Assembly (NCBI RefSeq): GCF_963506605.1 | Contig: NC_083277.1 | Span: 84,444,001 to 84,508,000 of the forward strand | Direction: 5' to 3' | Length of the DNA: 64,000 nt | Source: Zootoca vivipara | Taxonomy: Eukaryota | Part shown: piece by piece, positions 31,347 to 63,407 of the stretch | Layout: each line of letters begins with the position of its first letter | How positions within the stretch are numbered: position 1 is the stretch's first letter | Notes under the pieces: generated by a model | The model's input: the letters and a program-made list of their open reading frames with translations, nothing else | Told to the model about the DNA's origin: nothing | The model's database searches: none | Made by a program: the position numbers and the translations under genes

Positions 31347-32420
31347 CCTCTTTCGCCACCGCTCCGCGCTCCTCCTCTCTCTTCGGCCTCACAGAAGTCC
31401 CTGCGGGGAGTCAGTTCCCAGCGCCCATGAGAGGCACCCAACGAGCAGCTGTGGCGGCACTGAGAGCGTCACGGGCGGCGACGGCGACGGAGAGCAGCAG
31501 CAGCGGCGGGGGCAGCAGCACAGGCGCAAAGGCATGTTCGAAGAAGCCGCCCCGCGGAGCGCGTCGCCGGGGGCAGCAGCCGAGATCGCGGCGGGAGCTC
31601 GCAGCAGGTTCAGGTGGGTTGCTGCCAGGAGGAGGAGGAGAGGAAGAGGAGGAAGAGGGGGTCGCCTCACGGTGCCAGCAGTGGGAGGCAAGAGGCAGTG
31701 GGCGCCGCAAGGCTCCCACGCAACCGTGACAGCGGAGGAGGACTTTTCAACGGCGCCATCCGCGGCCACGCACCGACGAGGCCGACGACCAAAAGAACCG
31801 AAGGCGGCCGCTCCCGTCCAACCTGCCTGGCTGGGCGCGCTCAGTCGCAGCGAAAGAGAAGAAGGGGAAAGCCCGTCACCACAGAGGAGGAGCGGGTGCG
31901 CCGAACGGCCACAGGGGGAATAGGATCTGTGCTTCCCAAGGAAGGCAACGGGGGACCCTCTCGGCTGCCGCCGCCACAACTCTTCGCCACTGCTCGAGCC
32001 CCTCGAGAGGCGCCGTTGCCGTCGCTGCTGCTGCCGCCGCCTCCCCACCGACCGAGTTCGCTCCCAGCGCAACACCCAGTGACAGCCTCTCCAACCAACA
32101 CCTACCCTCCTGTGCCCATGGGGGTGCGGCTCCCGAGGCCACGCCCTCCGCCGCTGCCATTGGAAAAGAAGGGCCCCGCCCCCACCCTCCTTTTTTCCCA
32201 TTGGTACAGCTGGGCTTCCGAACGCCACCTCTCCGAAGGCATTGGCGGGCACGCACCCGCCCCCTCAGGCACCAACAATTCAGTTGCTGGGGTATTTCTT
32301 CCGCGGTATTGGCTGGCGCGCACGCCCGTCACTGCGGCGCTGCGCGGCTGTGTTTACACATCGGAGGATGAGGCATGTGCTCTGCTGTGCAGTTACGCGT
32401 GAGCGCGCTTTAGCGCTCTC
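31050..32420 (-). promoter_or_regulatory. CpG island covering RAB40B exon 1, its GC-rich leader and promoter
   Basis: Dense CpG; GC boxes (CCCCGCCCC near 32174); CCAAT/ATTGG at ~32200, 32241 and 32308. Confidence 0.8.
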
Positions 32421-32430
32421 CAGTTGGAGT

Positions 32431-32521
32431 CATAGCTGCCAAGTCATCCCTTTTTTTTAAGGGATTTTCCCTTATGCTGAATAGGCTTCCTCGTGAGAAA
32501 AGGGAAAACTTGGCAGCTATG
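32431..32521. mobile_element. 91-bp hAT MITE
   Basis: TIR CATAGCTGCCAAGT / ACTTGGCAGCTATG; perfect 8-bp TSD GTTGGAGT (32423-32430, 32522-32529). Confidence 0.9.
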
Positions 32522-34852
32522 GTTGGAGTCCAGCCTCCAGCCCACGTTTGTCGAACTGGGGCTTACAAAATAGAGAAAATTGTGGCCTCTGAATAAGGGT
32601 AATGACTGATGGAACTGCAGCGTGCAGAACGAAATGTCAGAGCAGGGTTAAGAGGCAGTAGAATATACGATTCTGCTAGCAAACTATTCCAGAATGGCAT
32701 TCATAAGGACAAATGTAGAATCACATCACTTACCGGTAAATTCTGCCTCCAACAGTGGTGTGGGCAAATGTTGCATGTACTTAAAACTTGGTTGCAGTTG
32801 GGAATGTATATTAAAAGGGTAAATCAAAGGCCACATGGAAGATGAGATCTAAGAAAGGAACGGACAACTGCAATATGTATTCATCCTATGTTGTGGGGGC
32901 AGCAAGGAGGAATGGGCATATAACTGAAAGAAGCATGAGACCTTTGGTTGGATGAGATTGGTAGGGTTGGAGAAGCAGAGGTCATAGGTGGAGATTTAGG
33001 GAGAAGCCAGGGTCAAGAGCTTGGTGTGGTCAAAGTGGTGGGTAGCTTTTAAAGTTAATAACAGGACACACACACATAGCAGATAAGTATGAGAAGTCAG
33101 AAGTGGTTTGAAGAGGGTGTTTTATTGCAATAGAGATGAAATACATTTGGATGTCGAATTTTGGATAGAGGTAAGAATTGAAGAATGAAAGAGGAAGGCT
33201 AGAGAAGAGAAGCTGGCAATGGTAAGGGCATGAAATAATCTAGCATGAACTAAAAGGGACAGAAGAGAATGGGTGTATTTATAAAAGAGAATTAGCAAAA
33301 CTTGGCAATGGGACGAATGTTAAGAGCAAAGGAAAAGAAAAAATAACCTATGAAGTCTAGGCTGTGTCCCTTATCAGTAAGGCAAATAGTGCTGTCAACA
33401 GGCATGAGAGGAACTGAGGAGAAGAAGACTTGGAAAGAAAGATCCACATCCATGCAGATAAGAATAAAATGAAGGCACAAATTTCAAACTCTATTATTTT
33501 TCTTATTGTCGTGCTTTTTCATTTCACAATACTATCTTTTCTCATAAATTAGCTGAGTCACTGATCTTTAACATCTCATTGGTCGGAAGAATGATTTATA
33601 CATTACTAAAGGGTATGTCACTGTACAATTTAGAAAGGAGATGGGGGATTTTATGTTTGAATGCTTTCTGTGCACAGGAAACTAACAAGATTGGGAGATG
33701 GCTTGTAAAAATGCTTGCATCCTTCCTGAACTAACCTTCAAGCTACCCAGAAGACATACTTTAGCATGAACATGCACATAGAGTGGTGCTTTCAGTAGAA
33801 AAAGATAAGAAATATTTTCCATTTATACATCTAAACCTAGCAAATGAAAGGCAGCACATACCAATTACCTTCTCTTTTCTGGTAGATATTGTCAGCCAGT
33901 ACACAGCTGCTGTCCTTTTTTATTTTGGTATGTATATATTAACTGATGACTCACCAAATAATTCCAGCCCAGGAAGCCAGCTGCTCTACAGAAATAAACC
34001 TTAATTAAACAGAAAGCTGACCAGTAGGGATGTCCCTGGAATGTCACTGTGTCCTAGAAAGACATCCTCATAAGGGTGGAAAAAAGACAGGGTTGGACTG
34101 TATTCCAAATATTAGTCTGAAGCTCAACACAGCAATGAATAGTGCTGTGTGTATGTGTGTATTTAAGTGTAAGTCAGAGGAGTTAGAATGTTGGGCTTAA
34201 TAGGGTTGCCATACTGTATTTCAAGAAGTAAAAATCCAGACACCCCCAGACACTCTAGGACAAACCACTGCCTTCCAGAAACACCCCCCCCCCCATATCA
34301 CTACATCCTGGTAAGGTCTGGGGAAATCCCAGACGCATAGCAGCCCTGAGGCTTGACAAATACCCCCCTACTAGCAAGCCACACAGCATCTCTTAACTCA
34401 CTGGCAAGCCAATGGGTACACAACAGGACCTAGGAGGGCTACCTGTGCAACTTTGCAACTGTACTGAATCACCATTTTGGTTCAAATTTGGCTTGCAACT
34501 CCATTTTCCCCAACCAGTTCATAGAGTCCAAGGTCCCTTGCCCCCCCAATAAAATATTTGAGCCCCCCCCCCCGCTGATGGGCATTGCTATGCATTTGGT
34601 GTGCATGTGATCCATTATGCAGGGCGAGGTTTACCTGCCCCTCCCCAAATATTTTATTCAAGCTGGCACCCCTGAGTCCATTTAATGGTGGGTTTGACTG
34701 AGGCACACCATACATATGACCTTCCAATTAAAATACAGTAAAAAATATACACATGCACTTTATAGTTCTACATATTTATCCAGCACAAGTGCGGACCTAA
34801 ATGCTGGAGACCTCAAATAGCAACCAAGCCACTCCTTTAAAATACGGCCTCC

Positions 34853-34942
34853 CATAGCTGCCAAGTTTTCCCTTTTCTCGCGAGGAAGCCTATTCAGCAT
34901 AAGGGAAAATCCCTGAAAAAAAGGGATAACTTGGCAGCTATG
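34853..34942. mobile_element. 90-bp hAT MITE, same family as 32431-32521, opposite orientation
   Basis: TIR CATAGCTGCCAAGTT / AACTTGGCAGCTATG; CGGCCTCC on both flanks, with 2 extra nt on the right. Confidence 0.85.
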
Positions 34943-34949
34943 GGCGGCC

Positions 34950-35830
34950 TCCCCACACGAAACGCGTGAACCAGAAGGAAAGGGGAGAAAAGGGTCACTG
35001 CTCCCGTTTCCCTCAAAGGCAGTGAGCCGCCCTTTCGCAGGCGCCGCCCTGCCAAGAGGCGCGCGCTCTTTCCTGGCGGGCGCTTGCTACCACCCCGCCA
35101 TTTCAGCAGGCAGCGGCGAGCACGGAGGCCTCCGGAGGGGGCGGGGCCTGCGACTCCGAGGGCGGGGCGAGTCTTAGCGGCTGGCCTCTTTCTCCCCGGG
35201 GCTCTGCGGAGGGATGGAGGAGGCTCTGCGGCGGGAGCTGGGCACTTCGGCGCTCCGGCCTACGGGCCACTCGGGGGGCGGCTGCATTAGCCACGGCGAG
35301 AGTTTCCACACCGACCACGAGCGCGTCTTCGTGAAAAGCAACTCCCGCGCAGAGGTGGGGGAAAGAACCGGGGGGGGGGAAGCACCGGCGGGTAATGCTA
35401 CTCCCGGTGGGGAAGGCGGGTGTGGGTGATGGGGAGTGAAGTGAAAAAGGGTCGAATAAAAGCCGTGCAGCCAGAAGGCGAATTGTTGTTTACTCCCCAT
35501 TGCTGAATAGCACTCCCATGTTGTTTGCTTTTTCTTTTTTTGCAAAGTGGCCTGACATAGGCGCAAATGCACAGAGCGAGCTCGAAACCCGTCACAGTGA
35601 CGCGAGGACGAGGCTATGTTAATAGTTTATTTCTCCTGCCCTGCAGGCAGCTGTTTAAAAAAGCAATGGGGCCGCAGCCGAAAGAAAGCGCCTGGCCTGC
35701 AGACGAGCCAGAGACTAGTTGCGGTGCCCCTGGCTGCCTGTTCGTTGGCGGACTTGCTAAAGTCGGAGCTGGAGAGGGGCTTTCTCGCCATCCATCTCCG
35801 TGGGCCCCGCCACTGCAGCGAAGTGAAAGT
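34950..35830 (+). promoter_or_regulatory. CpG-island promoter of FN3KRP
   Basis: High CpG around exon 1; GGGGCGGGG GC boxes at ~35138-35167. Confidence 0.75.
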
Positions 35831-38800
35831 TTACTTTTGAGGAAGTGTCTTAACACAGGAATCCCCCAACTCGGCCCTCCAGATGTTTTGGGACTACAAT
35901 TCCTATCATCCCTGACTACTAGTCCTGTTAGCTAGGGATGATGGGAGTTGTAGTCCCAAAACATCTGGAGGGCCGAGTTGGGGGATGCCTGGTCTAACAG
36001 GACATCTTGGCAGGGCTTTAATCTGAGCCAGGGCCTTAGGAGCCCATTTAAAAAGCTACGGTTTTGTCTACACTGCGAAACATGTGAAATAGTAAATGAG
36101 AGTGCCGGTGATCACGTGCAGGGTGCCTTGTTTCCGCTAGGAAACCAGCTTGCCTAGGTAACAGGATTTGTGCTGGGCATTCTTTTTATGCCAGCTCTTC
36201 TGTCAGATAATGGCCACTTGCGAGGCGTGATTGGCAGAGCTTTTGATAGCTAGTGTTAATGAAGAAATGAGCAGACATGGCTTGGCAGTTTGCTAAATAA
36301 TAGCTGCTGTGCTGTGTTGTGAATTATTCTCTGATTCAGTGCTGAAAGGGCGGATGTGCCCAGAAAGGGGCAAATGTGCTGTGTATGCAGGCTCCTAAGA
36401 TTATTATTTTTCTTTTAAATCTGACATATGCTGGAAAGTTTTGTATGTGAAAGTGTTTACAGAAGTCCCCACCCTCTATTTTATCTTGACAGGCAAGGAG
36501 AATGTTTGATGGAGAAATGGCAAGTTTAACAGCTATCCTGCAAACGAAGACAGTGAAAGTTCCTAAACCTATAAAAGTTATTGATCTGCCAGCTGGTGGT
36601 ACTCTGTTTGTGATGGAGCATTTGGATATGAGGGGTTTGAACAGGTAATCTCTCTCAATTTCTTGCTGCAATTTACTTGCACATTTGAGGAGGAAAATCA
36701 GTATCATGTAAACCACATTGAAGAAAACAAGTTAATACAAGTTAATCAGATTTACTATTCATTTATGCAATGACGTGAACTAGTTGGGTAACATTTTGGC
36801 CCATAAGTGTTTTATGAAGTCTTCTAAAGAGGAGAAAGAAGACCCAAGTGTTTATTCAAAAATGTTAAATTTATTATTGCTTTGCTTCAGTCTGAGCTGC
36901 AACCAGCATGCTGCTATGTATTCTAAATTAGGGTTGGGTTGGGGTATCTCCTTCAGCCTGATGGCTGCATTCCATAGGACTCAACCTTCCAGAGGTTGAA
37001 TGCCAGTGGTGACTGGGGACAGAAGCAAAAGTGGGTAGAACCATGGATATGACGTTCAGGGTCGTGGCGTAGGCTATGTGCAAAACTCAGACAATTTCTC
37101 ACCTCTCCATTTTTCCAGGTGGACAAGGGGCTTATCACAGTTCAAGAACTTTGCAGCCAGGCAAAAGCACATTAGAGTGTGGAGCAGGCCCTGTGATGGT
37201 TGTGGACTGGGAAGGTGCATGACAAGAGAGAGTCCAAATAGGGCCAAACAGAAAAGCCCAGAGCATTCTGCTCTAAATAATAAAGCTATAACTTTGTTTG
37301 GGATGGGAGGGTAAATTACCCTGATCTTACTGAACTTCCTTTATGAACTTTGGTACAGACAACATTTTCCAAGTTACTGTGTTGGCTCTTTAATATATTT
37401 GTTGAGATTTCAATGTTAATATATTAATTAATTATGTATGCATTTACTTGTGTATAGGATCTCATTGACTTTGAATGCATAGATTTACAGTCATAGTGTG
37501 TCATTTTAATTTTCTTGGGAACTTTCCCAATAGGTGAGTCTGCTGGAATGCTGGTAACAGCTTGACAGTCTTTTAATCTTTTATTTTGGAATGGAAACTT
37601 GGAGTTGATGCAATAAATCAATTTTATTGTAATCAAACAAATCAGTTTGGTTAGAAATTTATCAGTTTTGATATAGAACCCATATTACTTCAGAGACACA
37701 CACTCAAAGCCAAATTGCACCTAAATCCTCCAGAACAGCTTCTCATCACGGGACATCTCACTAGACCAAAATTCCTCCTCTATTGCTGGCTGAGTTTCCA
37801 ACAGGTCAAAAGTTTATGCTGATCGAGGCAACACATACTTCTTCTTTCAAGAACTCCAAACCTGGAGTTTGCATAGTTACTTGCCCAAAGTCCAAGGTAA
37901 CTTAACACTGTATGGTAAACAAGCACATATTTGGGGTTCCATCACATGCAACACTGAGGCTTAGTGTTATAAGGGATCATAGTGTCTTGAATGCATGCAG
38001 TGAATGTGCTGAGGTGCTGGATGAGACAACTTTCTTTCTGTCCTTTAGAGATAGGTACCTCTTAAATTGCGGTTGGATAAAACATGTGCCCTCCCAGATG
38101 CTGTTTCATAGTGAAACCATCAATTTTTTGTTGCTTTGTAAAAGTTGTTTTTTTTTTTTACATCACTAGACATGCGGAAAAACTTGGAACACAGTTGGCT
38201 GATCTTCATCTTCACAATCAAAAACTTGGGGAGAAGCTGAAGAAAGATGCAAACACTGTTGGTAAAGTACCCAGCTGTCCATGACTTGCCAATGCCCCTA
38301 GCTGTTTTGCTCCAACTATAGCAGAACCCCTAGAAACTCTTCATTGCATCCATAAAGAGATATAAAAATGCCAACAAGATGGGGCAAGTCGCCCCCTCCT
38401 TGAAAATTCCTCCCCATGAAGTTGTTACAGTAAGTGTCACACTTTTAAACAACAAAATAGGTGCCGGTACTGCGTATCATTGAGTACCCCTTGAAAAAAA
38501 GCACTGGGCAGCTGCATTTGGCACCCAGGCTTGAGGTTTCTCACCCCTGATTCAGATCATGATTTTGTCTCCAGTTGTAGCAACTGCATGCTTCTCAGAA
38601 TCTTACTTTACAGTATTTGTCGTAGCTGAAAACTGAAAACATAGAAACTTAGTTAGAACTACATGTTTTCCAGGTTTTTAAGGTTTTTAAGTTTATGGTT
38701 CTAATGCTAGTGGCAGCTGAGACCTGTGGGAATAGAGCGGTATATAAATTCAATTGATGATGATGATAATAATAATAATAATACAATCCATTCTATTTAG

Positions 38801-41323
38801 AATGGAGGTTTTTAAATCATAGCATAATATAGTTTCCTATGTTTAGAAAGCTATTCTGTTCAGAACAGATATTCACCACTTCTCTCTGTTTTAATAGGTA
38901 AAGGTGAAGAACAAACGGGGGTCCAGTTTGTGGAAAAATTCGGGTTCCACACTGTTACATGTTGTGGCTATCTTCCACAGGTATGATCTGAACTAATGGC
39001 TCTTCCGCATTGAACAAATCTTCCAGTTTTTTGTTTACTTCTAATTTTCCTTTAATTGGGAAAGTCTGAATTTGTTTGAATAAGAGGACTTTTAAATATT
39101 AATTCAGAGAACTGTAACTAGGTATGAAGATTCCAGGGCTATTGTCATAACTTTTGGTATTAGCAACCGATCTTCACCTTTCAGCTAACACAGCAGCAAA
39201 TGTCGGTGTTACAGCTGCACCCAAGGGCGTACCCACCATGCGGCAAGTTAGGGCAGCTGCCCTACTCTAGAAGCAGGGCTGGTGGGCAGAGGCGGAGCAC
39301 AGCCCGGCGGAGCGCGAGTTCGCCATTCCCGCCGCACGGCGCCGCACCCTCCCTCCAGCTCCCCGGCGCGCCCTCAGGCAAGGCCAAGCGCGGCGGGGAA
39401 CCAGGGAGCGCGGCGCGGTGGGCGGGAACGCCGAACTCGCGCTCCGCTGGGCTGGGCTCCGCCTCCGCCCACCAGCCCTGCTGCTAGGGAGGAGCACAGC
39501 CCGAAGGAGCGCGAGTTCGCCGTTCCCGCCCGCCGCGCTGCGCCCTCCCTCCAGCTCCCCGTCGCGCCCTCTGGCAAGGCCAAGCGCGGCGGGGAACCAG
39601 AGAGCGCGGCGCGGCGGGCAGGAACGCTGAACTCGCGCTCCGCTGGGCTGGGCTCCGCCTCCGCCCACCAGCCCTGCTGCTAGGGAGGGGCACAGCCCGG
39701 CGGAGCGCGAGTTCGCTGTTCCCGCCCACTTTGTGGCCCCTCCCCTTCCGTGCCTTGGCCCCTCCCCTTGCCCCCCCTAGTTTTGATCCTGGGTACGCCC
39801 ATGGCTGCACCCGTGAATGCCCCTGAAAACAACTGCTGTGCCTTACGCAATATCAAGAGTTGGTGTTAGTAACAGCTAATTAACACAGCAAGAGTCTTCT
39901 TTTTATATATAGAAGTGTAAAATTCCATATTTTTGTAAAGTCCGTAATAGTCTGTCAGTCTCATCCACAAACCATTTAAATCAGTTTCAGCACCAGAGAA
40001 GTAAGTATGTCTAGATGAGTCTCCATACAAATGGTATGGCTTAATTGGTTTATGAATTGCTTGTCTTATTTCCATCAAAGGGCCTTCTTTAAGGCATCCT
40101 CTCATAGAGCCAAACTGGCTGAATTTTTGACTACTTGCTTGTTTAGGTGAATGACTGGCAACAGGATTGGGTGACTTTCTTTGCCAGGCAACGAATTCAA
40201 CCTCAGATGGACATGATTGAGAAGAACTCTGGAGACAGGGAAGCAAGAGAACTTTGGGCAAAACTCCAGGTAACGATGTCCCATGGGGACCATAGAGGGA
40301 ATTGTCTCATTTGTAGAAGTGGGGTTGTTCTCAAATTTGTGTAAAGTTTCTGTAATACCTACACTGTCTGTGCAAATGTCATGATCCCCTTCTCCTCAGA
40401 ACCTAATAAACTAGTGGAAAAGAGTCTTTTCACCAACCTCTCTCTGAGGTCTCTACTAATTGTGGAAGAACAATACCGTAGCACCACTGAAGAGACCTCA
40501 TGTGGAAAGGACCAAATAATATTTGTGGGGAGAGGAGGAGCTATTTGAATATACAATAGTACATTTTAAAAACAATTAAAGACTAAAATAAGCATTCTCT
40601 TCATTGAAATAAACACTGATATCATGTGGCTATATAATGTAAGAAGGAATGTTTGAGAATTTTTTAAAATTTAAATACAAAAGGCTTAAAAATCTTCCTT
40701 AAGCCTTTTGATAAAGTAGTACCTCAGATATCTGGTTAAAATGCTAACAAGACTCTGGAAAATCCTGTTACAGTACTTCATTTTTGAATGTGATGTGCCC
40801 CCTACTGTTCATGTTACTTTAATTCAAGTCCTCTGTGCCTAGGTTGTCCACACCCATTGAAATTAGGTTTGTCTCTTTTTCTCTATACAGTATTGGGATT
40901 TGATGTGTCTACTGCTTAAAGCCACAAATTAGAACACCCCACCTCCTTACAATTAACTTTAGCAACTCCTGCTTTCTTTTTCAGCTGAAGATGCCCAGTT
41001 TGTTTGGCGATATGGAAATAGTTCCTGCTCTTCTACATGGGGATCTGTGGGGAGGAAATGTAGCTGAAGATGACTCTGGTCCAGTTATCTTTGACCCTGC
41101 AGCTTTCTATGGTCACTCTGAGTATGAGTTAGCAATTGCTGGGATGTTTGGTGGCTTTAGTGGTTCATTTTATTCTGCCTACCACAGCAAAATCCCCAAA
41201 GCACCAGGGTTTGATAAACGGCTCAAGCTGTACCAGCTATTTCACTATATGAACCATTGGAATCATTTTGGAGGAGGGTACAGAGGTTCATCTATCAATA
41301 TAATGAGGAATTTGGTCAACTGA
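35214..41323 (+). CDS. FN3KRP: Ketosamine-3-kinase (fructosamine-3-kinase-related protein), 6 exons, 309 aa
   Basis: Exons 35214-35354, 36493-36644, 38170-38261, 38898-38980, 40147-40269 and 40985-41323 (141/152/92/83/123/339 = 930 nt). Motifs [32 protein letters not shown] and IFDPA; QRIQPQMDM and the [11 protein letters not shown]-terminus match recalled FN3KRP rather than FN3K. Confidence 0.95.
35856..35991. mobile_element. 136-bp palindromic hAT-type MITE
   Basis: Near-perfect foldback CAGG..TCCCCCAACTCGGCCCTCCAGATGTTTTGGGACTACAA / reverse complement; near-TSD ...TAACA. Decayed relatives at ~55060-55155 and ~62950-63090. Confidence 0.85.
39222..39803 (+). mobile_element. GC-rich non-autonomous hAT element (582 bp) with ~197-bp internal tandem duplication
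   Basis: TIRs CAAGGGCGTACCCA / TGGGTACGCCCATG (13/14 match); perfect 8-bp TSD GCTGCACC (39214-39221, 39804-39811); strand arbitrary. Confidence 0.9.
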
Positions 41324-43181
41324 ATTCCTACCTGTAGGTTTTATTTCCCTGTTTTGGAAAATATATACACATATACACGCACCATGGGGTTTCAACTGTG
41401 CTAATGTGTATATCCTGTAATAGAACCTGAGCTTCCACCCTCTTTCCACAGCTAAAGGCCAAGTCATCCTGTGCCCTGGGTTTGGTGTCCTATTCTTGCA
41501 GTTTATCAGAGAGTTGCCCAAGGAGGTAACAAACCTTTGATTTGCGTGAAAGAGGTTTTGCTTTGAGGTGGAAATTGATCTAGGGGGAAATTCCTGCTGT
41601 GCAAATAGTTTGGAATAAATTTTTAATGCCAAAGAGAGGGAGAAATCCAAGCAGCGCATTAGAACAAGTAGCAACCTGCTAGCTATGTTCATACATATAC
41701 AGTCAAAGGAAAATTTACAGTCTTAGTCAATGGAAAGATTTTTTCTTGTCCTCCTACTTAGCTTTTGGTGACAGATACCAAAGGAATATAGCAGTCGTGT
41801 TCTAAATAGAACTGGAATTGGAAATAGATTTGGAAGCATATATTGAGTCTCTGGGGACTTCATTCCACGTGGGAAGATAAAGGGTTCCAGTCTAGGTGGC
41901 TTCAATAGTCCCCCCGTCCCCCGTCCCCAATTAGTATTGCAAGTTTGTCTTAGTACATCTGTAGCAATTGGACTGAACAGTTTGTATGGACCACAGTTTA
42001 TGGTAACCTGCTTCCATGCCATTAAGTTTCATCTATCAGCCTCCAGCTAGAGTCCATTGCTAGCCAGCATGATCTTGCCTCCCTGAATAATCTGCTGACT
42101 TGTAATGTGCTTCCAGTCCCTGGTGAACTAACTGGTCATTTATAGGCATATTTGGCTGTCTCATCAGACTTAGTTTCTTATGGCAGCTTGCTAGGTAGGC
42201 TCTATGCCTTTTAATTCATTCCTTAAGAGTTTCCTATGCTCCTCCTGAGTATTGGTAAAATGAAGTGAAATGCTTTCTGGCAGATAGTAATACAGTGAAA
42301 ATGCACTCTCATTCAAGTGTTTCCCCTTACCCAATAGTTTGGGAATGCGACACACATTTTGAGGAAGGCATCATAACACTTAGACTGTTCTCCATTTTAG
42401 GACCACATTTTTGTGTAGGATTGCCAACTCCTTTTCCAACAGGGCTCTCATGATTTAAGTGTAAAATGACAGGCAAAGTCTTTCCTCAGTGCAACATCTT
42501 CCTGCTGGGAAAAGTTTGCTTTTTGATCTTTTACGTGTCCTACAGTTGTTAAGGCACAAGAACCTAGCCAGAAAAAAACTTGGCAACCCTAATTCTAACC
42601 AAAATGCTGTTGCAGCACATCCTCCTCAAAGTAATATTGCAGTAAAATTCTGTCTTACGTGATTCAGTTTCTTCACTAGCCTGGCAGTGACTTACAAGAC
42701 CAAACAGATATTAAAATAGTTTACTTCTAGCATTAATTCTCTGTCCAGGTGGCAGCTGCCCTCATGTTGGTTGTGTGATGCAGGGTTAAATTGGAAATGG
42801 AGGAAGAGGCATATGTAAAAGTAGCATGCATAAGTTACTTAATTTTATTCTAGTATTCTTGTTTGGTGGTTTGGACTGGTACATGTTCACTGCAGGTATT
42901 GTCACAGTTCCTTTCTGGTTCATTGCTGGTACTCATGCCGAATACATGCAACTAGGTTCCCTCTTGTGGCCATTATGCATATCAGTTTCCTGTTCTCCTT
43001 ACATACCGTAATTAATTCAGTTACAGCATTTTGTGAATTCTGCAAACTGATCCAGAGCTCCTAGGATATGTCTAATATTGGGATTAGGATGGAATTATAC
43101 ATATGAACAAACACTATGCCTAATATTACCAGGTGAGAGAGGCATTATTCTGAGAATGCATGCTCATGTCAAATACTGAAT

Positions 43182-43305
43182 TGGCTTTTACTTAACATTC
43201 CTCTACAGTGTTTCCTGATATTTTTGAATTGGTTTTACACCAATTCTGGCTTTTACTTAACATTCCTCTACAGTGTTTCCTGATATTTTTGAATTGATTT
43301 TACAC
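43182..43305. repeat. Tandem duplication, 2 x ~65 bp
   Basis: TGGCTTTTACTTAACATTCCTCTACAGTGTTTCCTGATATTTTTGAATTG.TTTTACAC starts at 43182 and again at 43247. Confidence 0.9.
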
Positions 43306-43820
43306 TAAAAACAAACAGATGTAAACTTATTTATTAATTTCAGCTGTGTGTGCACTACTTTTAGTAATAGTATCAGTGGCTGTTCTGGGTTTAAAGCAAA
43401 GCATTGCTCATGCGTGTAATTGGTAATCTTTCTGGGTTGTGTTGAATAAAATATTTTCTGGACTGATTAGTTTTCTTTGGATTTTTCTTTATTGTTTTCT
43501 ATCTGCAATGGTAAGCACAAAATATTATGACCTCCAAATATTTGCATTGTGCAAACATTGTGAATCAACCTTCACAAATATGCAATACATACTATATTGT
43601 TTCACCAATAAAGTTAATCAATGTTTCTGCAATTGGCTTGTTAAGCCACAAAATAATTCATTGCCACATTGTAGGTTTCTTGCCCCTTTCTGCTGTGTCC
43701 TTTAAAAACTCCGTTGTACTGGTGAGGGTGCTGAGTTTGGAAATCAATAAATAACGAAATTTGTTTACATAAACACTATCCCACATGGGATAATAACCAC
43801 CTTTCACATTGCAAACCCAC

Positions 43821-44130
43821 CGGCTTGCTGATCAGAAGGTTGGCGGTTCGAATCCCTGTGACGGGGTGAGCTCCCGTTGCTTGGTCCCAGCTCCTGCCAA
43901 CCTAGCAGTTCGAAAGCACGTCAAAATGCAAGTAGATAAATAGGAACCGCTACAGCGGGAAGGTAAACGGTGTTTCCGTGTGCTGCTCTGGTTTGCCAGA
44001 AGTGGCTTTGTCATGCTGGCCACATGACCTGGAAGCTATACACCGGCTCCCTCGGCCAATAATGCGAGATGAGCGCGCAACCCCAGTCGGTCACGACTGG
44101 ACCTAATGGTCAGGGGTCCCTTTACCTTTA
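43821..44130 (+). mobile_element. Sauria SINE, 5'-truncated
   Basis: Reverse-complement match to 5031-5376; ends GGTCAGGGGTCCCTTTACCTTTA. Confidence 0.88.
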
Positions 44131-44814
44131 TTGGGGTTGCATTGTTTTTCACAACTTTTCCCTAACCAGGGCCGAAACTCAAAAACAAAATACAACTATT
44201 TACGAAGCAGGTTTTTACATTAGGAAATGGAGCTTCGGTATTTCCCAGTTGTGAAGAAACTTTTTTCTTTCGTAAAATCGAAGACATAATAGGGAGAAAA
44301 AACTTATTTATGTGAAGTGGAACATACGGAGAGAAAATAATTAGACTGCTACAGATTCCGGCTTTATACCAAACACCCCATTGGCCATAATTATCAATGC
44401 GCGCAGGATGCGATGTGCACCACGGAAGTTAGAGCGGAAGTAGTTAAAATCCAGACCGGAAGCGCAATGAGGATCGCGGTATTGCGCCAGCGACTAGGAG
44501 AAAAATTCAATCATCTCGATGGTTTCTTGTCTGTTAAGCCATACGAAATCTGTGTGGCCAAGGCTTCGTCACATGAAACGAGGAAATCGGGTTACAGTTA
44601 GTTTCCTACTGGCCGGGCTGCCTCACATGGTGCATGGTTCTCTTTCTGGCTATTGGCTGCTGGGACGCTCGCGAGCTGGGCCCAAGGACGAGATTGGCCC
44701 GCGAGCGGTCAAGTGGGCGGGGAATCTGGGCAACGTGCGCTCGACGGCGGTGTGGAGTGGAGCTAGCAGCTAGTTGGCTGCGTCTCCTGAGGAGCGGCGG
44801 AGCACGGTGGCTGG

Positions 44815-63407
<18,593 letters not shown>

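Noticed and set aside
31160-32460. Many 100-290-aa ORFs on both strands
   Set aside because: Stop-poor CpG island around RAB40B exon 1; low-complexity translations.
39200-39810. Stacked ORFs over the GC-rich element, and similar ones at 45021-45673
   Set aside because: They lie in non-autonomous hAT copies and show no transposase motifs.
35214-41323. Calling the gene FN3K
   Set aside because: Diagnostic segments ([33 protein letters not shown] end) match recalled FN3KRP.
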